From the NCBI GenBank assembly GCA_036679605.1, contig JAZDCZ010000289.1, forward strand, positions 76,153-140,152: 64,000 nt of DNA, given 5' to 3'. Below the pieces are notes generated by a model that was not told the DNA's origin, made no database searches, and saw only the letters and a list, made by a program, of their open reading frames with translations. The position numbers and the translations under genes were made by a program. This document shows positions 58,932 to 64,000 of this stretch, piece after piece (positions within the stretch are counted from its first letter, which is position 1; every line of letters starts with the position of its first letter). This DNA is from Gemmatimonadota bacterium (GTDB taxonomy: Bacteria > Gemmatimonadota > Gemmatimonadetes > Gemmatimonadales > GWC2-71-9).

Positions 58932-59642
58932 CTACTTGTTCCCAACTGTAGTGCTCCACAGCAGCACGGCTCCACAGGGGCGACGTCTTCTGGCTATGTC
59001 ACGATACTTGATAGGTATGTCGATGTAGCTCTTATACACCTCAATCCCGTAGGCCCAGTCGAGCGGAAACTCACCCAAGTCTATTCTCAATGGCCTTCCG
59101 TCGAGATAGATGAGGGAACACCGCAGTCTCGCCCTCATTAATGGTACTTGCATAACTACGACATCCCTGGCGGTTCCCTGGTGCAGCTGCTCTATCTCCT
59201 TCTTGTTGAACGAGTAACCCCACTTGAGGTTTCTACGTGAAAGAAATTCCCGTTGCTCCGGGGTTTCCGCTGTTTCACCGAAGATCGTAACTCCCTCGAG
59301 CAATGTAACCTGACGGGCCAGGTTGACACGTAGCTCGATGGCCTGCTGCCCGCCTAATGTGAACGCAACGTACTGCGGACTATATCCGATGCGACGTACG
59401 CGGAGAGTGTATCTGCCAACCCCGAGTGCCTGTATTCTAAACGCTCCGTCCCGGCCGGTTACAACTAGCCGCTGTGCTATGCCGTCTGGTCCGATCAATT
59501 GGGCGGTGGCACCTTCTATCAAGGTGTCGGATTCGGCAAGATAAACCACGCCATGGATCGTCTGGGCAGTGGCGGTACTAGGTAGCAGAAGGCATGTAAG
59601 CACGGCGGCAGCCACGGGTATTCGCTCAGGCAAGTGGATCAT
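58932..59642 (-). CDS. secreted carboxypeptidase-regulatory-like domain plus TonB-plug-like domain protein (no barrel)
   Basis: Signal peptide, TGRDGAF, G.YTLRVRRIGY, IYLDG, GIEVY, CGAVLLW. ATGA overlap with the DsbA gene. Confidence 0.8.
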   Translation of the reverse strand: MIHLPERIPVAAAVLTCLLLPSTATAQTIHGVVYLAESDTLIEGATAQLIGPDGIAQRLVVTGRDGAFRIQALGVGRYTLRVRRIGYSPQYVAFTLGGQQAIELRVNLARQVTLLEGVTIFGETAETPEQREFLSRRNLKWGYSFNKKEIEQLHQGTARDVVVMQVPLMRARLRCSLIYLDGRPLRIDLGEFPLDWAYGIEVYKSYIDIPIKYRDIARRRRPCGAVLLWSTTVGNK

Positions 59643-60469
59643 GCAACAACACTTCCGGCCCTCAAGTGGACGGCCCAACGTTGTTCGCTAGCTTGACCCT
59701 TCTCAGAATAGCTCTCCACAACAAGGTTCCGTGCATCCCGTAGCTGGTCTTGTTGATTCAGCAAGAGGATCGTCGGGCGCCATCGTTTGGACGGGTAAGA
59801 ACCGACAAGACCCTCCAGGTCTTCGCCTGAAAGCATCCCCGCATGAATCCCCTCAAGAGAGACGAAAGTCGGAGTTGCGCTGACTCCAAGATGTCTTCCT
59901 AGACGAACTTCTGCTTCTAGTTGTGCGCGGGTCTCTGGGTTTATCAGACATTGGGTAAATCGATCGAGATCACGAATTGCGATCTCGCGAGCGTCTCTGA
60001 CCCAATTGCCGTCGTCTACCCATTTGTCCGACTCCATCAGATGATCATGCATTGCAAGGAACCGTCCCTGCTGCTCAGCGCACAGCGCTGCAAGAGCTGC
60101 TCCTTCGGCGCGGGGGTGGAGAGAACGTAGGGGAAAATGGATGAATATTACGCTGGGGTTATCGCTTTCAGTTTTCCATTGCTCCATGCGCTCATGCTGT
60201 TCCTGGCAAAAGCGGCACTCATAGTCCGCAAACTCTACAAGCAACACAGAACTTGTGCCCGACAGCACAGGACGTCCCATCTCAAGCAGGCGTGGCCAGC
60301 TTTCTCTGACGATCAACCTTGCTTCCCTTTCTCGATGCCATTGTGCAATTGACCTGCCGAGCAAGCCATTGGGGTGAAATAGCAGGACGGCCCCAACGCA
60401 CACAAGTATCACGTTCAAGGCTGTATCAACGAATCGCCGCGGTCTCGTGCCAGCCCTTCCGCTTGTCAT
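59639..60469 (-). CDS. membrane-anchored DsbA-family oxidoreductase
   Basis: EFADYECRFC, HFPL..LHP.A..AA, EQQGRF, GVSATPTF. Confidence 0.9.
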   Translation of the reverse strand: MTSGRAGTRPRRFVDTALNVILVCVGAVLLFHPNGLLGRSIAQWHREREARLIVRESWPRLLEMGRPVLSGTSSVLLVEFADYECRFCQEQHERMEQWKTESDNPSVIFIHFPLRSLHPRAEGAALAALCAEQQGRFLAMHDHLMESDKWVDDGNWVRDAREIAIRDLDRFTQCLINPETRAQLEAEVRLGRHLGVSATPTFVSLEGIHAGMLSGEDLEGLVGSYPSKRWRPTILLLNQQDQLRDARNLVVESYSEKGQASEQRWAVHLRAGSVVA

Positions 60470-60766
60470 ATCGGTACATCCGCAAGTTCGTACGAGAGAA
60501 ACTGCACCACCGGCTCCCTTTGAATATCCCCTATGTGACCCGCATCGCTCCAAGGAGTTCCACTACAGTACTGTTCGTCCGAGGTACCAGGATGCCTCCT
60601 CGCGAAGCTAGTGAATACGCACATACACCAAACGCTACCTCCACCTCAAAGAAGATGCATTCCCAAAGTCGGAAACCGAGGCATTGAGTCACCCTCATAA
60701 CGTTGTAGTCGCTTAGCTGAGATAATGTACGTGACTACGTTAGCTCTCCACTAAACCATCCACACT

Positions 60767-60795
60767 ACGGAACCGTCTTCGGGCCCGGCTCCGTA
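60767..60795 (-). terminator. hairpin downstream of the peptide gene
   Basis: ACGGAGCCG...CGGTTCCGT on the minus strand, just after the stop at 60819. Confidence 0.45.
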
Positions 60796-60818
60796 AATGT
60801 GGATAGCTCGGTTAACAA

Positions 60819-61028
60819 CTAGTCAACGTCGCATCTCCGTACCTCTGTGCACCCGGCCCCGGCCGACTCGCAAAAATTAAATCCGCTGACGCACGAACCG
60901 AAATCACACCGCAACAAATTACAGTCCACCGCCTCCGCCTTAGGAACCTTGGTGAGGCCAGTTATTGAGCCTAAGGCAGCGAACCCCACAACCAACGCGA
61001 GCCGTTTGAAGTTTCTACGCAAATCCAT
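60819..61028 (-). CDS. small Sec-secreted Cys-rich peptide precursor (69 aa, 6 Cys)
   Basis: GGAGG SD; MDLRRNFKRLALVVGFAALGSITGLTKVPKAEA|VDCNLLRCDFGSCVSGFNFCESAGAGCTEVRRCDVD. Confidence 0.88.
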   Translation of the reverse strand: MDLRRNFKRLALVVGFAALGSITGLTKVPKAEAVDCNLLRCDFGSCVSGFNFCESAGAGCTEVRRCDVD

Positions 61029-61190
61029 TTGTACCTCCGTGAAGTGGATGTTCGGACAAACCGCAACAGTGCGGCACTAGACGACGATGATAGTATGTAC
61101 TGGCAACGAGGTGTGTCAATGCAAATTTTACGTCACTCACACCCCGAATGCGACGCTATGGTCACTTGCATAGTGGTGGGACGAGACGAG

Positions 61191-61220
61191 TATGCGACAA
61201 CTCCTGTTGATATGCGACAA
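61191..61220. promoter_or_regulatory. 10-bp direct repeat with 20-bp period in a divergent promoter
   Basis: TATGCGACAA at 61191 and 61211; partial ATGCGAC at 61148. Confidence 0.5.
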
Positions 61221-61320
61221 TATGGTAGAATATGTGAAACGAAGTCTTTCCACGCGCATATGGGTCCGCTATTATGACTTGCGCAAAGAGTAGTTCCCCA
61301 CACCTTCACTGAGCGAGTGA

Positions 61321-62511
61321 ATGATGAGCGCGAAAGTAGGAGCGTCGGCGCATTCGCAGCAAGCGCATGTTGCGCGCCCGGGAGTAATAGGATGCGCAGC
61401 GGTTGTAGCAATCTACCTGTTAGGCTGCGCGCCGGATGCTACAATTGAGAAGATAATCCACCACCCAAACGACGAATCGATAGTGAGGGAGGTTGATCGC
61501 GGCTTCATTATATCGAAGAGCCTCGAGAAGCCACCAATCGGCGCAATCCGATTTGCCAGCAAGGAGTTGTCTCGGGGCACAACGATTAGTGTAGGAGTAT
61601 TGGAAGGGGCGGACACAGCCATGTTCGGACGGATTGAGGACGCTGCCATCATGCGGACCGGTGAAATCGTAATATTGGATTCTAGAATGACCCAGTTGCG
61701 GGTCTATGGCACGGATGGTGAGCTCCTGGCCACGGGGGGACAGTATGGCCTGGGTCCCGGTGAGTTCAGGGCGCCGAGCGCCCTGGACGTGGATGACGAC
61801 AACCATATATACGTCGCGGATCGGAATGCCATTCACATTTTCGATTGGTTGGGCGATTCGTTGGTGTACCGGCAGACCCTACATCTACAGTTTGGCGTCA
61901 TTGATCTCTGTACACTTGGGAACATCGTGTTTGTCCATGGGCTGGACCTGGGCTCCGGAGGTAAAGTTATCCACCGGCTCGGCTCCGGCGGTGAGTTCAC
62001 GCTCTCATTTGGCGACATTTACAGGATGGACGGCGCCGAATTCGAATTCACAACAATGCGCCGGGGCCGCATCGCATGCGCAACGGACGCTCAAGTGGTT
62101 GCGTTCGCGGCCAGCTACTTCCCAGAAATCCACGCGTGGACGCCTGAAGGCAAACCGTTATGGGTTACGAGCATAGAAGATTGGTTGCTATTTGACATTG
62201 AAGAACGCCCCACTGAAAAGTCCATGGCCATCACCGTGTCGGATGAAGGTTCCCATTTCCCTCGGAATTTTGTCGCAGCTGGAAAGTTCATCGTCTTGGA
62301 CCTTGCGCTTCGGACAAAGGAAGGGGTTCTAGGAAAAGTCGAATTTGTGAACTTGGACCGATACGTGATAGATGCATCCAATGGAAAGGGGGCCTACATG
62401 CGCGCTACGCAAGCCCTTTTCCTTGCAGCAAGAGGAGAGACCCTCATAACCACGGAGCATGACCCGTTTCCGCGCATGCTGATCCATCGCAGTGCTGGAG
62501 GTAGAAGATGA
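61321..62511 (+). CDS. 6-bladed beta-propeller (NHL-like) lipoprotein
   Basis: Lipobox LLGC, MFGRIED, GGQYGLGPGEFRAP, IYVAD, C-terminal DPFPR. Confidence 0.87.
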   Translation: MMSAKVGASAHSQQAHVARPGVIGCAAVVAIYLLGCAPDATIEKIIHHPNDESIVREVDRGFIISKSLEKPPIGAIRFASKELSRGTTISVGVLEGADTAMFGRIEDAAIMRTGEIVILDSRMTQLRVYGTDGELLATGGQYGLGPGEFRAPSALDVDDDNHIYVADRNAIHIFDWLGDSLVYRQTLHLQFGVIDLCTLGNIVFVHGLDLGSGGKVIHRLGSGGEFTLSFGDIYRMDGAEFEFTTMRRGRIACATDAQVVAFAASYFPEIHAWTPEGKPLWVTSIEDWLLFDIEERPTEKSMAITVSDEGSHFPRNFVAAGKFIVLDLALRTKEGVLGKVEFVNLDRYVIDASNGKGAYMRATQALFLAARGETLITTEHDPFPRMLIHRSAGGRR

Positions 62512-63137
62512 CGACGAAGCGATTGATTAACATCGGTGGCGCTGTGATAGCGTTTGGTTTGGCCTACGGCATTAGCAGTGGGCAGGCTGATCGTTCACGC
62601 GGAACTGCCCTTGGTGCAAATGGGGGAGTAACCATACCCAGGCCTGAAGTGGCAAGAATTGTGAGCGGGACGGAAATCGCTATGGTTTACATCGGGAGAA
62701 AGAGTTGCGGTTGGTCTAATCTGCCGTGGATGCCGGATGCCGTCCGCGACATTCGACGTCTGATCGCCGCGACAGCAGACTCGCTGGGAATGTCTTTCGT
62801 GACCATCGGAGTCGGACTTGACAGATCGTCTACTGTCGCTCTCGAGCATCTACGAAAGATGGGCCCCTTCGACGAGATCTCGGCCGGCCACTCCTGGTTC
62901 AATCTTGCCTCCCAGAGATTCATCTGGAATGCGATTCCTGGACCTGAGGGAACTCCACAGATCCTTGTGCTGTTGCGAGAGATCCGGCTTCCCTCATTAA
63001 GCGGTGCGGGAGGGTTTGAGATCGCGCATGAGCGGCTGCTGACGCGCAAGGTTGGTACGTTCGAAATCGCACGCTGGTTAGCTGCGGGTGCGCCAATTCC
63101 CACGAACTTGTTTCGCCAGAAGAAAGAAATAGATTGA
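62508..63137 (+). CDS. membrane-anchored thioredoxin-fold protein (CxxS)
   Basis: TM anchor, VYIGRKSCGWS, GTPQILVL; ATGA overlap with the propeller gene. Confidence 0.72.
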   Translation: MTTKRLINIGGAVIAFGLAYGISSGQADRSRGTALGANGGVTIPRPEVARIVSGTEIAMVYIGRKSCGWSNLPWMPDAVRDIRRLIAATADSLGMSFVTIGVGLDRSSTVALEHLRKMGPFDEISAGHSWFNLASQRFIWNAIPGPEGTPQILVLLREIRLPSLSGAGGFEIAHERLLTRKVGTFEIARWLAAGAPIPTNLFRQKKEID

Positions 63138-63349
63138 CCTTGGGAGGGTGACCCGTCACTCTTGGTTCGTGAGCGAGACCGTAGCGGTGGGTGCAAGGAT
63201 CTGCGCCCTCTGCGGCACGTGCCTTCCCCAGCTTGCGCGTGCCCAGAGCGAGTTGCGAAAGTGCTAGACTGATCATCGATCGGGTTGGATCTCTGTTCTC
63301 TGCCAAATTGGGACATGTCCGTTACATCGTGGCGCTAGTGGCGGCATTA

Positions 63350-63730
63350 CTAATCAGGCCGTAGTCGCTCTACAACGGCGCCCTGCTTGACGACCTCTCT
63401 CGGGTTGCCGCGCGTATCATCACCGCGTTCATCCGGACGAGCGTGGGTGAGCGGAGCCTATGGCCGGCATTGTCGCATCGATCCAGACCCACGGCTCCCT
63501 GGCAAACTGGCACCCGCAACTCCATCTGCTGGTGACCGATGACTGGTTAGGGCATGCTCGCCTGGCCGCATTTGGGGTTTCACATGCATGACGGGGTGTG
63601 GGTCACGGCTGACGATCGCGAGTTCGCCGCCCGGCTGGCCCGTTACAGCACCCAAAACCCCTGGCGCTGAGCCGCATGGAGCATCAGTCAGACAACGCCA
63701 CTGTCAGCTGCCACTTTGACACGCCGACGG
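63350..63730 (+). mobile_element. decayed IS91-family (HUH/Y2) transposase
   Basis: Manual translation across frameshifts: LLDDLSRVAARIITAFIR / GIVASIQTHGSLANWHPQLHLLVTD (damaged HUH) / WPHLGFHMHDGVWVTADDREFAARLARY / ALSRMEHQSDNATV. Confidence 0.8.
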
Positions 63731-63755
63731 ATTCCTCCGCGGGCAGCGAGATACT

Positions 63756-63890
63756 CCCTGCGAATTCCGGGCTCAGGCTGCGCTTCATCACGATGGTGTG
63801 CCTGGCGCTGTCGACTTCGATGATCGGCATGCCGCAGATGGGGCTGCCCTGCGCCACCGCCCGCCCGTAGGCCGGCACAATCACCACCGA
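63756..63890 (-). pseudogene. pntB: NAD(P) transhydrogenase beta-subunit remnant with internal deletion
   Basis: VVIVPAYGRAVAQ is joined directly to GSPICGMPIIEVDSARHTIVMKRSLSPEFAG; these are two non-adjacent motifs of PntB domain III. Confidence 0.75.
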
Positions 63891-64000
63891 GATTGAGATG
63901 AGAAGGCCAACCTCCCGATGGCGGGATACCTTGTAGAGGTTCCCAATATCAAAGGACGGGCTCTTGAGGCCCAAGAACCAGGAGGCTGGCCCATGAAACA

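Noticed and set aside
60531..60698. 55-codon minus-strand ORF (MRVTQCLGF...) between the peptide and DsbA genes
   Set aside because: No signal peptide, clear SD or motif; cannot be supported as a second precursor.
54912..61028. Peptides as classical RiPPs (lanthipeptide, sactipeptide/ranthipeptide, thiopeptide)
   Set aside because: No LanB/C/M, radical SAM, YcaO or C39 transporter is visible, and the leaders are Sec-type rather than double-glycine.
47426..64000. Prophage or intact integrative element
   Set aside because: No integrase, phage structural, replication or conjugation genes; only IS remnants.

Overview
A 64-kb bacterial chromosomal segment. The gene families (many CarboxypepD_reg/TonB-plug proteins, 6-bladed beta-propeller lipoproteins, pseudo-receiver/HTH regulators) suggest Gemmatimonadota; this is an inference. 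About 1-47.4 kb is mostly core and metabolic: a TonB-dependent receptor, glnA, an Omp85-type protein, tRNA-Cys with an adjacent 3-gene TIGR04255-type cassette, a tryptophan/anthranilate catabolic cluster (kynA, kynU, anthraniloyl-CoA monooxygenase, beta-oxidation genes, two aryl-CoA ligases, no recognisable kynB), two-component genes, EF-G2, thyA-folA, a thiolase, dCMP deaminase and RNase H. About 47.4-64 kb is an accessory, partly decayed region holding a HEPN-MNT pair, two divergent ATPase-nuclease-fold genes, and IS91, ECF-sigma, vapBC and pntB remnants. The most interesting signal is two parallel modules, each with a tiny Sec-secreted Cys-containing peptide, a 6-bladed beta-propeller lipoprotein, thioredoxin/DsbA-fold proteins and a nearby atypical HTH regulator. 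This is a candidate disulfide-peptide signalling or antagonism system. All calls come from motif recognition by eye; no database searches were run.
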